This document shows, piece after piece, positions 21,360 through 32,515 of a DNA stretch of 64,000 bases. The notes under the pieces were generated by a model. The model made no database searches, was not told where the DNA came from, and saw only the letters and a list, made by a program, of their open reading frames with translations. The stretch comes from Vulcanimicrobiota bacterium. GTDB lineage: Bacteria; Vulcanimicrobiota; Vulcanimicrobiia; Vulcanimicrobiales; Vulcanimicrobiaceae. How positions within the stretch are numbered: the first letter of the stretch is position 1; every line of letters starts with the position of its first letter. Position numbers and translations under genes: made by a program. The stretch covers positions 64,001 through 128,000 of the forward strand of contig CAVZQC010000006.1 in NCBI GenBank assembly GCA_963777315.1, read 5' to 3'.

Positions 21360-21761
21360 ATGTTCGTGGTCGATTCCTCAGTTGCGCTGGCATGGTTTTT
21401 CGAGGACGAGTCGACAGCCCGAACGATTGAGCTGCTGGAACGTTCCGCGGATGACGGCATCGTCGTACCGCAGATTTGGCGCTACGAGATGATCAACGGT
21501 TTTCGAAGCGCAATGCTGCGCAGCCGAATGAATCATCGCCAAGCCGGACAAGCCGTGGTTCAGCTCTTGCGGCTTGCCGCCGAGGTCGATGAAAGCTCGG
21601 ATGAGCGCATTAGAGCCACGTATGATTTGAGCAACGAGTATGCCTTGCCGTGCTATGATGCTGCATACCTTGAGCTGGCGCGCCATCGACAGACTCCGCT
21701 GGCAACCAACGATGGGCAATTAGCAGATGCGGCGCGCAAGCTGCGCGTAGAGCTTTTATAG
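21360..21761 (+). CDS. PIN-domain VapC toxin
   Basis: FVVDSSVALAWFFEDE, VPQIWRYE, YDAAYLELA, LATND. Confidence 0.92.
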   Translation: MFVVDSSVALAWFFEDESTARTIELLERSADDGIVVPQIWRYEMINGFRSAMLRSRMNHRQAGQAVVQLLRLAAEVDESSDERIRATYDLSNEYALPCYDAAYLELARHRQTPLATNDGQLADAARKLRVELL

Positions 21762-22655
21762 TCCCTCGCCCGGCGACATCGGCTGAGTGCAGACCACGCG
21801 TTCGTCGGCAGCGCAGTTCTCACATTCGAACTGCAGCGTAACGTGCGACACGCCGAACCGTTTGCGCACCATGGCGTCGACCTCGCGCAGAACGTACGTC
21901 GCTTCGCTCACTCGGCGATCGTCGATGAGCACGTGCGCGGAGAGCGCGCTTGCGCCGGTTCCGATCGTCCAGACGTGCAGGTCGTGAATTGCAACGATTC
22001 CCGCAAGCGACGCCATCGCTTCGCGGATCTCGCTCACGTGCATGCCGCGGGGCACGCCTTCGAGCAGCACGTCGGCGGCGTCGCGCACTACGCGCAGTAC
22101 GCCCACGACGATGATGGCCGCGACGAACAGCGAGAGCGCGGGATCGATCCACGGCGCGCCGGTTGCCGCGATCGCGGCGCCGCCGACGATAACCGCAAAC
22201 GCGCCGAGCGCATCGCCCGCAACGTGAAACAGCACCGCTTTCACGTTGAGGTTTTGTTTACTGCTCCTTGCAAGCATCAGCGCGATGCCCGCGTTGACCA
22301 GAAGACCGACGCCCGCGATCGCACTCATCAGCGCGCCGTCGGGATGATGCACGATAAAAAAGCGCTGCACGGCTTGGTAAGCGATGAACGCCGTCGCCGC
22401 GAGCAGCACGCTGCCGTTCACGAGCGCGCCCAATATTTCCACGCGCCCGTAGCCGAAGGTTTTGCGGGAGGTCGCCGGCCGCTGCGCTCCGGCCATCGCG
22501 AACAGCGCGATCCCCAGCGCGAAAACGTCCATGCACACGTGGACTGCGTCGGTAAGCAGCGCGAGCGATCCGGCACGTACGCCGCCCCAGAATTCTAAGC
22601 CCGCGACGCACGCGACCAGCGCGAGCGCAACCGTGAGCCGCGCGCGCGGCGACAC
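21756..22655 (-). CDS. Cation diffusion facilitator (CzcD/ZitB-like)
   Basis: SLALLTDAVH, TFGYGRVEILGA, HVAGD, IHDLHVW, HVTLQFE. Confidence 0.93.
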   Translation of the reverse strand: MSPRARLTVALALVACVAGLEFWGGVRAGSLALLTDAVHVCMDVFALGIALFAMAGAQRPATSRKTFGYGRVEILGALVNGSVLLAATAFIAYQAVQRFFIVHHPDGALMSAIAGVGLLVNAGIALMLARSSKQNLNVKAVLFHVAGDALGAFAVIVGGAAIAATGAPWIDPALSLFVAAIIVVGVLRVVRDAADVLLEGVPRGMHVSEIREAMASLAGIVAIHDLHVWTIGTGASALSAHVLIDDRRVSEATYVLREVDAMVRKRFGVSHVTLQFECENCAADERVVCTQPMSPGEGL

Positions 22656-22659
22656 GGCG

Positions 22660-23259
22660 TTACGCCTTGCGCGCCTTGAGCGCGAGCACCGCCAGCATCG
22701 CGCCGAAGGTGAAGAACGTCTTGCTCTCCGCCGCGGCGATTGCGTCGGCCTTCCACGTTCCCTGCTGCTGTGCCGCAGGCGTCAGCGCGGGAATCAGCGG
22801 CGGCACGCTCGCCCGATACGCGTCGTACTGCGGGCCGAACCGAGTGCGCAGATACTGCTCTTCGTGCGGAACGATGATTGCGTACACTGCCGCCATGATT
22901 CCCAAACACGCCCCCGTCAAGGCCGCTCGCCGCGCCGCAGCGTTGCCGCCCGTGAACGCTATCGTGAAACCGCAAGCGGTGACGAAATTGCCGGCGTACA
23001 GCGGATTTCGTACGTAAGCGTAAGGCCCGGCGGTGACGAGCTCCGGCGCGGTGACCCGATCGTCGCGCGTCGTGACGCCCGAATATCCGACCGCCCAGCA
23101 GCGGACCAGCTCACCGCACAGCGCGATGGGCAATCCTACGGCCACGCTGAATGCAGTGGGTTTGCCGAACGCGGCCAGCAGCGCTGCCGGTAGGGCCAGC
23201 AGCGCACCGCGGTTTTTGAAGACGAACGTGCGAACGCCGCCGGCACCGGGATCGCTCAT
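22660..23259 (-). CDS. Isoprenylcysteine carboxyl methyltransferase / PEMT-family membrane methyltransferase
   Basis: LVTAGPYAYVRNPLYAG and EEQYLRTRFGPQYDAYRASVP. ATGA overlap with the upstream gene. Confidence 0.88.
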   Translation of the reverse strand: MSDPGAGGVRTFVFKNRGALLALPAALLAAFGKPTAFSVAVGLPIALCGELVRCWAVGYSGVTTRDDRVTAPELVTAGPYAYVRNPLYAGNFVTACGFTIAFTGGNAAARRAALTGACLGIMAAVYAIIVPHEEQYLRTRFGPQYDAYRASVPPLIPALTPAAQQQGTWKADAIAAAESKTFFTFGAMLAVLALKARKA

Positions 23260-24191
23260 GATGCGCCGCTCATTTGGGCGGCCCGGTAAATGTCCTGCAG
23301 CGAGCGCGACAGCGGAATTTTGGGTTCCCATCCGGTTGCCCGGCGCAGCTTTTCGTTGCTGCCGTACAGCAGCGCAGTGTCCGACGGGCGCATTCGCGCG
23401 GCATCTTCGCGCACTTCGACCGGCACGTGAGCGATGCGGATCAACTCCCCGAGCAAGTCCCGAATGGCGGTTGCAACGCCGCTGCACACGTTGTATGCCT
23501 GCCCGCGTTCGCCGCGTTCGGCCAGCGCAACGTAAGCGCGCACGACGTCGCGCACGTCCAAAAAATCGCGCCGGGCCGCAAGGTTGCCGCAATGCAGCAC
23601 CGCAGGCGCGCCTGCGGCTATCCGTGCGAGCTGCGCGGCAAACGAAGGAACCACGAAGCGCTCGTTCTGCCCCGGACCGATGTGGTTGAACGCGCGCGCG
23701 ATGACCGCGTCGACTCCGAAACTGCGCGCTTCGCCCAGCACGATTGCCTCGCCGGCGGCTTTGCTGGCAGCGTACGGGTTTTCGGGGTCGGGGCGGGCGT
23801 TCTCGTCCAATGGCGCCGCGCCGCCTTGGCGTCCGTATACGTCGGCAGAGCTGACGAAAACGAATCGCGCATCCGATCCGCTGCGCTCGCGCCAAGCGCG
23901 CAGCGCGGCGAGCATACGAGAAGTTCCCATGATGTTGGTTTCATACGTTTGCTCGGGCGCTTCCAACGCGCGCGGAACGAACGCCTGCGCCGCCAGATGG
24001 AAGACGACGTCCGGAGCAGCGAGATCGAAAGCCGCGTTCAAACTCGCAGCATCGGCGAGATCGATCGGCACGAGATCGGTGCCGATATCGTGCATTCCGC
24101 CCGCAGCCAGGACCTCGTGCCCGCCCTCGCGCAAAGCCGGCACCAAGTACGGTCCCACGAACCCTCCCGCGCCGGTGACCAGCGCGCGCAT
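23256..24191 (-). CDS. NAD(P)-dependent epimerase/reductase, GDP-4-keto-6-deoxy-D-mannose reductase (Rmd)-like
   Basis: TGAGGFVG, HLAAQAFVP, YAASK, FNHIGPGQ, RDFLDVRDV. Directly downstream of gmd. Confidence 0.82.
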   Translation of the reverse strand: MRALVTGAGGFVGPYLVPALREGGHEVLAAGGMHDIGTDLVPIDLADAASLNAAFDLAAPDVVFHLAAQAFVPRALEAPEQTYETNIMGTSRMLAALRAWRERSGSDARFVFVSSADVYGRQGGAAPLDENARPDPENPYAASKAAGEAIVLGEARSFGVDAVIARAFNHIGPGQNERFVVPSFAAQLARIAAGAPAVLHCGNLAARRDFLDVRDVVRAYVALAERGERGQAYNVCSGVATAIRDLLGELIRIAHVPVEVREDAARMRPSDTALLYGSNEKLRRATGWEPKIPLSRSLQDIYRAAQMSGAS

Positions 24192-25175
<984 letters not shown>

Positions 25176-25850
25176 CTAGTTGAGGGTGGCGATGTTTTCG
25201 CCCTTGTCGTCGAAAACGAAGCGCGTCTCGAACATCTCGTCGCCTTCGGGTCCGACGACCTTGGATTGGATCGTCAAGCGGTGCATGACCTTGCCTTCAT
25301 GGCGCACCGCGCCGGAATAAAAGTACTGCACGAGCGGCGTTTGGCTGTCTTTGAGCGGCGCCAGGCGTCTGCGTGCGACCAATATTTCGAGCAGGCGCTG
25401 CTGCAGTTTGCTGGGCAGCAGCCGGCTCGCATCGTCCGGGCTCAGCCGCAGCGTGGTCAGCTCTTCCTGCGCCTTGTTGCTCTCTTCGACGGGCTTTCCG
25501 GTGGTGTAACGCACGATCGCGTCCCAGTCGTCGGCCGAGATGCCGGTAAAGCGCATGCCGTAGCGCCATACGGATTTTCCTTGATGCGTGATCGTGTCTT
25601 GCCAAACGGATTTCGCGCGGACGCGAACGCCGCGCGATTCTATGGTCGCGCGGACTTCGAACTCGTCTTTGCCGACGGGTTCCTGCGTGATGACGCACAG
25701 CCCGCCGCCGCCGATGTCGAGTCCAATCGCCGGCTTTTGTGCGGTTTCGGCACCGGCGCAAACCGTTGCCCGGTAAGCTTTCCGTCTGCGGGGATACTTC
25801 CGTCGATTCGGTTCCTTACCGGTAAACAACGCCAGCAAATCTGCCAGCAT
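25176..25850 (-). CDS. PilZ domain protein with C-terminal extension
   Basis: RRKYPR and DIGGGG motifs, YGMRF, then about 100 aa of unknown domain. Confidence 0.75.
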   Translation of the reverse strand: MLADLLALFTGKEPNRRKYPRRRKAYRATVCAGAETAQKPAIGLDIGGGGLCVITQEPVGKDEFEVRATIESRGVRVRAKSVWQDTITHQGKSVWRYGMRFTGISADDWDAIVRYTTGKPVEESNKAQEELTTLRLSPDDASRLLPSKLQQRLLEILVARRRLAPLKDSQTPLVQYFYSGAVRHEGKVMHRLTIQSKVVGPEGDEMFETRFVFDDKGENIATLN

Positions 25851-25870
25851 GGGGCGCATTTCGCCCCGGT

Positions 25871-26633
25871 TCAGATGCGTTCCGCCTGCTCTCGCGGACG
25901 CCGCGCGAGTTCGATGACGCGCCGAGCGACGAACGCGGCGACTTCGCTGGGAACCGTCCCCCGCCCGAAGCCCGCATCGTAGCCCAGTTCCGCGGCCATG
26001 AGATTGGTCACGCGCGGGCCGCCCGCGCACAGCACCACGCTCTCGCGCAGCCCTTCGGCTTCGACGAGCTCGACCAGCGCGGTGAAGTTCTTTACGTCAC
26101 TTCCCTTCTGCGTGACGACTTGCGAAGCCAGCAGCGCGTCAAGCCGCTTTTCCTTGGCGAACCGCACGAACTCTTCCACCGAAACCTGGCTGCCCAGGTT
26201 GTGCACCTCGAACGATTTGTAGCGCTCGAGTCCGTAGTCGCCTTTGTAGCCTTTCATGTTGAGGATGGCATCGATGCCGACCGTATGCGCGTCGGTGCCG
26301 ATGCACGCGCCCGCGATGCGGATTTTTCGCCCCAAGCGTTCGGCTACGAGCGCGTCGGTTTCGTCCATCGACATCGCGTGCGCCTTGATCGACGGAGCCG
26401 AAACGGTGGAAAAATCGACCGCTTGCGGCGTCGCCGCATACACGACGAAAAACGAAAATCCATCGGCCACCGCGCGGCCTTCTGCGACCTGCACGTGGGT
26501 GAAACCCATTTTGACGACGAGCTGCCGAGCGGCTTCGTCGGCCGCTTCGCTCCAATCGACGGGCAACGTGAACGACAGACTGCACCTTGCCGTCGTTCAT
26601 CGTGTCGCCGTAGGGCTTGAGCGGGTGAATCAT
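25871..26633 (-). CDS. kamE: Lysine 5,6-aminomutase beta subunit, cobalamin-binding (+1 frameshift at ~26579)
   Basis: KPYGDTMNDGKVQ/LSFTLP dimerisation domain, DAHTVGIDAILNMKG (DxHxxG plus the PLP Lys), GLERY, SQVVTQK, GYDAGFG. Confidence 0.92.
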
Positions 26634-28157
26634 TCCTCGAACGGATTCCAATAGTTTGGACTGCGCCGGAAAACGCCGTCGAAGCCGCGTCCTCCATCCG
26701 GCGGCCGCGAAACGTCGGCAAAGACGGACGCTTGGATCGCATGCATCAACCCAAGGTCGTTCACCCGCACGAGCAAATCGCGGCATGCCGACAGCACGTC
26801 CTGCGCGCGGCCTTCGACTCTGCCGCCGGGTTTGAACGCGATTTCGTCACCGAAATGCCGGGCGGTGTTCATGATGTAGCGCGCGTTTTCAAGCGAGAGC
26901 ACGCGGTCGGTCAAAAACGGCGTGTGGATCGCCTCGGTCAGCATGCCGCACAGATGAACCGTCTGATGCGTCATCACCGAGGTGAGGTTGAACATCGCGT
27001 CGACCAGATGCCCTTTGAAGATATCGCCGGTCATGTGCTTGGTGGGCGGCATATACTTGAGCGGCGCGTCGGGAAATATCTGCCGCGCGAGCTGCGCCTG
27101 CGCAACCTGCATCAAAAAGCCGTCCTGCAGATCCGGATCGATCTCGTACGCATCGCCTAAGCCGATCTGCTCGTCCGGCATGCCGGCGCGGTGGGCGAAT
27201 TCTTCGTTGATGAACTGCGAGGCCAGCACCGCGGGCGCCTGTTCGACCGCATCGGCGGTCGTCAAGTAGTTGTCCTCTCCGGTGTTGATGATGATCCCGC
27301 TGGACGCGTTGAGCTTGCGGCTGAAGTGCTGGTCGATGAACGTGCGTTTCATGTTGATGTCGCGGAACAAAATGCCGTACATCGAATCGTTCAGCAGCAT
27401 GTCCAGGCGCTCGAGCGCTGCCATCGCAGCGATTTCAGGCATGCACAAACCGCTGGCGTAGTTGGTGAGCATGACGTAACGGCCCAGGCGCTGCGGAGAC
27501 TTCGTCGAGCGCCGCTCGCATGATCGTGAAATTCGCCTGCGTGGCATACGTGCCGCCGAATCCCTCGGTCGTCGGGCCGTACGGGACGAAGTCCAGCAGC
27601 GATTGCCCGGTCGACCGGATGACGGCGACGATCTGCGCGCCCGCCTGAGCCGCAGCCACGGCAGCGGTGCGGTCCTCATAGATGTTGCCGCTGGCGACGA
27701 TGACGTACAGCAGCGGCGGCGGAAGCTGGGGCAGGCGCGCCAGCAGTTCGCGGCGCTCGTCCCGGCGGGCGGCGATACGGCTGCGGCCAAGCCGGGCGCA
27801 CTTGCGAGCGACCTCGATAGCGGCCGGCTCGGGCACGTCGGAAAACTGCGCGAGCGTGAGCGCCCCCGCGCCCAGCTGCTCGCCTAGCACGGCGGGCTCG
27901 AGCCCCGTTTGAGCGAGCGCGCGCCCGAAAGCAAGGGACACGCCCGCCGCAAGTTGCTCTTGCTCGAGCGCGTCGACAATGAGGTTCGGCACCGGCACAT
28001 CGTCGGCGCCGACGCCGTCCACGCCGAACAGGCGCAGCGCGGATCGCTCCACCGACACCGTGGAATGCGCGGCGATGAAATCGCTCACCGGGGAAACGAT
28101 GGCCGATGCCAGCTCCCGGCAGCGATCGACGATGCCGCTGTCGACGCGCAGTTCCAT
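26630..28157 (-). CDS. kamD: Lysine 5,6-aminomutase alpha subunit (frameshift at ~27495)
   Basis: HSTVSVER, YVIVASGNIYED, AVIRSTGQSLLD, GGTYATQANF, NYASGLCMPEIA, LNDSMYGILFRDIN, TGEDNY, KYMPPTK. Confidence 0.93.
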
Positions 28158-28249
28158 GGCTCTATCTTACGGGCGGTCGGGCGTTTCTCCTCAATGCCGC
28201 AGGCGCGCTGCACAGGCATCCGCGCACCGGCGTGTGGTATGAGACAAGT

Positions 28250-29546
28250 ATGGCCAGAAGGTTTTGGAGCCTGTCAGCCGCTATCGCGGCGCTTGCCGGC
28301 GGCGCGCTTTTTTTCGCGCTGCACGGTACCGCCGGTACTGCTCCCGCGGTTCCTGCGACGGCGCCTTCGGATGAACGCGCGACGCATGCGTGGCCCGGAT
28401 ATCAATACTCGCCGGCGCACAACGCCGTCTTTGACGGAACGCTGCGCACGAACTGGCTGACCAGACTCGGCGACCGGATCAACGGCGGACTGGCCGTCGT
28501 CGACGGAACGGTGTACGCGGTGAGCTTCGACGACTCGCTCTACGCGCTTGACGAAGGATCGGGCAAAGTTCGCTGGAGCGCGCGCGCCGGCAACGTGCTC
28601 ATGTCGACTCCCGTCGTAACCGCCGGCGGTCTCGTGATCGTCGGCAGCGGCAAAGACGGCTTTCTCAAACCGAACGACGCCGATTCACAGGTCTGGGGGC
28701 GCCCCGCAGGGGACGACTTCTACGCATTTGCGACCGACGACGGGCACGCGGTCTGGAAGTTTCACACCGACGGTGAAAACATGCCCTCGCCCGCGCTGCG
28801 CGGCGACACGCTGGTGTTTGCCAACGGCGACGCGCATGCGTACGCGATCGATGCGAGCACTTCGCGGTTGCGATGGAGGGTCGACTTGCCCGGCGTCGCC
28901 ACGATGGCGTCGACCACGATCGACGGCGACGCAGCGTTCGTGAGCACTTGCCACAACGCGCCCTATTTCTGCGAAACGCGCGCCATCGACGTGGAAACGG
29001 GCAAAACGCTGTGGAGCAATCCGCACGGAGGCAGCGACTGCACGCCCACCGTCTACCGCGGCACGGTGTTCGTCAATTCGACGAACGTCGAGAATGCGCC
29101 ATACACGCCGGGCGGATACGTAACGGTTGCGGCGATCGACGCGCACACCGGACATACGAAATGGACGCGTCGCTTCGAGCGCGCTCCGTTCACGTACATC
29201 GCCTCCTCGGAACGGCAAATCGCCGGCACCGCGCACGGCGGCATGCTGTACCAATCCATCGGAAATCTGCAGCGCGTGGTGGCGATGGACGCCGCGCACC
29301 GGAAAAATACGCTGGACCGCGCATACCTCGGGCAATGTGAAGATGAGTCCGGTCGTCAAAGGCGAGCGCGTGTATTTCGGCGACACGGCCGGCATTTTTT
29401 ACGCGGTGGACCGGCGCAGCGGACGCATCCTGCACACCGTTTCGTTTCTTCAGCCGTTTTCGGTTTCGTCGCCGGTCATCGACGGCGGCACGCTGTTCGT
29501 GGCGGACGGCCCGATGGTTTTGGCCATGCCGCTGGACACGTTGTGA
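28250..29546 (+). CDS. Exported PQQ-like/BamB-type beta-propeller protein (frameshift at ~29295)
   Basis: Signal/TM segment, repeated LYALDxxxGxxxW blades and SxP motifs. The C-terminal blades continue in ORF 29127..29546. Confidence 0.82.
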
Positions 29547-30424
29547 GTCCGGCCGCGTTCGGCCGATTTTGCCCGTAGGTACGCCGCTAAGCCCTCGCGC
29601 CAGCCGGGCATCGACATCCCCAGAGCGTGCAGCCGCGCGTTGCGCAGCGCCGAGTACGCCGGCCGGCGCACGGACGATTGCCAGTCTCGGTGCGAGATCG
29701 GTTCGATCGTTCGTTCGATCCCGGCAATCCGCAGCGCTTCGCTCGCGTACTCGTGCCAGGTGACCGCGCCTTCGTTGACCATGTGATACACCCCGCACGG
29801 CGCATCCGCGTCGAGCAGCGCGAGCAGCCCCTGCGCCAAGTCTGCGGCGTACGTGGGCGAAACGGTTTGATCGGCGACCACGCGCAGCGGTTCTCCGGCC
29901 CGCGCCTGCGATACGATCCGATCGAGGAACGTATAGCCTTTGCTGCTGCTGGGCCGCAGTCCGTACACGCCGCACGTGCGCACGACATAGCAGCGTGAGG
30001 CGAGCCGCAGCGCGAGCAGTTCGCCGGCATATTTCGAAGCGCCGTACACGTTGATCGGATTGGGCCGCGCGCGCTCGTCGTACGGCCGGCCGAGCATTCC
30101 GTCGAAAACGTAATCCGTGCTGATGGTGATGAAGGCGGCGTTTCGCTGCGCGCACAATTCGGCAAGCGCATTCACCGCCAGCGTGTTGGCCGCAAACGCC
30201 TTTTCGGGTTCGGATTCGCAGCGTTCGACGTGGTGAAAGGCCGCGCAGTTCACCACGGCCTGCGGAGCGTACCGATCGAAGGCCGGCGTTAGCGCCGCCC
30301 GGTCCGCGACGTCCACCTCCGAGCGCGCCGGCGCGGCGATTTCGCAAGCGGTCCACAACCGGCGAATCTCCGTGCCCAGCTGGCCGGAGCCGCCCAGCAG
30401 CAGGACGCGGCGCGGGGAAGGCAC
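29450..30424 (-). CDS. rfbD: dTDP-4-dehydrorhamnose reductase
   Basis: LLGGSGQLG, NCAAFHHV, ISTDYVFDG, YGASK, DQTVSPTY, RRPAYSAL. GTG at 30424. The 3' tail overlaps the convergent gene. Confidence 0.9.
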   Translation of the reverse strand: MPSPRRVLLLGGSGQLGTEIRRLWTACEIAAPARSEVDVADRAALTPAFDRYAPQAVVNCAAFHHVERCESEPEKAFAANTLAVNALAELCAQRNAAFITISTDYVFDGMLGRPYDERARPNPINVYGASKYAGELLALRLASRCYVVRTCGVYGLRPSSSKGYTFLDRIVSQARAGEPLRVVADQTVSPTYAADLAQGLLALLDADAPCGVYHMVNEGAVTWHEYASEALRIAGIERTIEPISHRDWQSSVRRPAYSALRNARLHALGMSMPGWREGLAAYLRAKSAERGRTHNVSSGMAKTIGPSATNSVPPSMTGDETENG

Positions 30425-30483
30425 GGCGTAACAAATGCGCCCGCGAACGGTAGAAGCCTCCAAGAACCCGAATTGACAGGAGT

Positions 30484-31116
30484 ATGGCGATCGGAGAGCA
30501 GAGCGACGAGGCTCTGGTGCGTCGGGTCCGTAACGGCGAGCGCGAGCTCTTCTCGGTTCTGGTCGACCGGTACAAACGTGGGATTGCAAGTTTCATCAGC
30601 GCCGGCGTGCGCAGCCCGTCGGACGTGGCCGACCTCTCGCAGGAGACATTTCTGCGCGTCTACGCGCACCTGGACACCTTCAATCCCGCGCTCGGCAAAT
30701 TCTCGACGTGGATCTATCAAATTGCGCGAAACGTGGTGCGCACGCACTTGGGCAAGTCCCAGCGACGCGTTGCGGTTGCGGAACTTCCCGAAGATCGCAC
30801 GCTCGAAAACGCCTTGCCCGACGATTCGGGCGAGAGCGATCCCGCCGGCGGCGTGTTGCGCCAAGAAGCCGAGCGCGAGCTGCGCGAAGCGCTGGCCATG
30901 CTGCCCGAACGCACGCGGACGGTTCTAGCGTTGCGCTACTACAACAACATGGAGTACCACACCATAGCCAGCACGCTGGGCCTATCGCTGGGAAACGTGA
31001 AAACGCTCATTCACCGCGGCAAGATCGCGCTCGCGCAAAAGATGCGCGAGCGTGAAGCGCACGCCATGCAAAGCGTCGCCCCGAAGGGAGGCACCCGTGC
31101 GCTGCTCGTCCTGTAA
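30484..31116 (+). CDS. ECF sigma-70 factor
   Basis: DLSQETFLRVY, FSTWIYQIARN, LPERTRTVLALRYY, SLGNVKTLIHRGK. CAGGAG SD. Confidence 0.95.
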   Translation: MAIGEQSDEALVRRVRNGERELFSVLVDRYKRGIASFISAGVRSPSDVADLSQETFLRVYAHLDTFNPALGKFSTWIYQIARNVVRTHLGKSQRRVAVAELPEDRTLENALPDDSGESDPAGGVLRQEAERELREALAMLPERTRTVLALRYYNNMEYHTIASTLGLSLGNVKTLIHRGKIALAQKMREREAHAMQSVAPKGGTRALLVL

Positions 31117-31657
31117 GCCTTTGCTCGAGCGTTACGTGGCGGGCAGGCTCACGCCGCGCGGAATGGCCCGGATAAGCGCGCACGTGCGCGAGTGCGCCGA
31201 GTGCAGCGCGCTGCTCGATGAAATCAAGGTCGTCGAGGGTTTACTGTTCACCGCTCCGGCGCCCGATTTGCCGCAGAACTTCACGTTCGCCGTCATGGCC
31301 GAAGTGCAGACGCTTCCGGCGCCGCGGGCGCGCCAGCATCCGCTCTGGAGCTTTCTGGTGCTGTATCCGGCCGCAGCTTGGGCGGCGATCGTCGTCGCCA
31401 TGGCGCTCACGCGAACCTCGCCGAACGCCGTTGCCGGCATGCTTGCCGGCAGTTTGTCGCGCGCAGGCGCGGCATCCGGTGCTTTTGCGGCAAATATTTC
31501 GCACGGTCTTTCGACCACGATGCCTTCGCTGGCGGCATTCGGCGCAGGCGTTCTCCTCATCGACGCCGTCGTCGCGTGCGCGTTTGCGCTGCTCTACGTC
31601 GTCGTGCGGCCGCGTCTTGCGGCACATCTTGCGCCATCCCGGGAGGCCGTTCAATGA
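31097..31657 (+). CDS. Zinc-finger (ZAS, zf-HC2) transmembrane anti-sigma factor
   Basis: HVRECAEC (HxxxCxxC), then two hydrophobic segments. GTG at 31097 follows GGGAGG and overlaps the sigma gene. Confidence 0.9.
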   Translation: MRCSSCKPLLERYVAGRLTPRGMARISAHVRECAECSALLDEIKVVEGLLFTAPAPDLPQNFTFAVMAEVQTLPAPRARQHPLWSFLVLYPAAAWAAIVVAMALTRTSPNAVAGMLAGSLSRAGAASGAFAANISHGLSTTMPSLAAFGAGVLLIDAVVACAFALLYVVVRPRLAAHLAPSREAVQ

Positions 31658-32508
31658 AAAATCGTCGCTACGCGCTGGTCGTTGCCGCGTTCGCCATCGC
31701 GCTGGCCGCGACGCTGGCACCGGCGTCCGCTCACACGCAGTCGATAACGCACGGCGGCCTCTATTTCGGCGACGTCGTCGTCGGGCCCGATCAAGTCGTC
31801 GACGGCGACATCACCGTCGTTTTGGGCGATGCCGACATCCAAGGACGCGTGAACGGCAACGTCACCGCTTACGGCGGCGACGTGAAGTCCGAGCCCGGTT
31901 CGGAGATTACGGGACAGGAATATCCGTACCGCAGCAGTCTGATGTCGTGGGTGCCGTGGCTGCCCGGCAGCTCGACGATCGCGCGCGAAAACGAACGTCT
32001 GATGGTGCGGCTGACGTACAGCGTCATCGTCGTTTTAGCGTTTCTCATTTTTCCGGTTCGCGTGCGCACCGCGCTCGATCGCGTCGAACATCACCCCGGT
32101 CTTTCGGCCGCAGTGGGCGTGCTCGCGCTGGTCGCAGTCGTTCCGATTGCCATTTTGCTGCTGATCAGCCTGATAGGCTGGCCGCTCATCCCGGTGGAGA
32201 TGATCGCGCTCTTTGCCGGCATCTTGATCGGTCAGGCGGCATTGGCGCTGCTCGTGGGGCGCCGGCTGTACGAGCTGATCCGCCCGCACGGCACTCCTTC
32301 GCCGCTCGGCGCGCTGATTTTGGGTTTGGTCGTCATCAGCGCGGCGGAGATTCTGCCCATCGTCGGCGGTTTGGTCACCGGTTTGGTGTGCTTGGTGGGA
32401 CTGGGCGCCGCGATTCTGGCGTTCATTCGGGAAACGACCTTCATGAGTCCGGGCGCATCACCGCGTCCGCGTCCGCCGATCAGCGGACCTCCGATGTCGG
32501 CAGCATAG
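31654..32508 (+). CDS. Membrane protein with a short bactofilin-like beta-helical ectodomain
   Basis: Signal peptide, GDVVV...VDGDITVVLGDADIQGRVNGNVTAYGGDV repeats, then about 5 TM helices. ATGA overlap. Confidence 0.8.
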   Translation: MKNRRYALVVAAFAIALAATLAPASAHTQSITHGGLYFGDVVVGPDQVVDGDITVVLGDADIQGRVNGNVTAYGGDVKSEPGSEITGQEYPYRSSLMSWVPWLPGSSTIARENERLMVRLTYSVIVVLAFLIFPVRVRTALDRVEHHPGLSAAVGVLALVAVVPIAILLLISLIGWPLIPVEMIALFAGILIGQAALALLVGRRLYELIRPHGTPSPLGALILGLVVISAAEILPIVGGLVTGLVCLVGLGAAILAFIRETTFMSPGASPRPRPPISGPPMSAA

Positions 32509-32515
32509 CTCGCCG

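Noticed and set aside
27490..27501. kamD frameshift as another AGCT-type lesion (AGACT at 27497-27501)
   Set aside because: Ambiguous. Removing a C to give DEVSQRLGRY fits the family pattern at least as well, so it was not counted.
28158..28249. Cobalamin or lysine riboswitch upstream of kamD
   Set aside because: The spacer is only about 90 nt, is shared by divergent genes, and shows no B12-box or riboswitch core.
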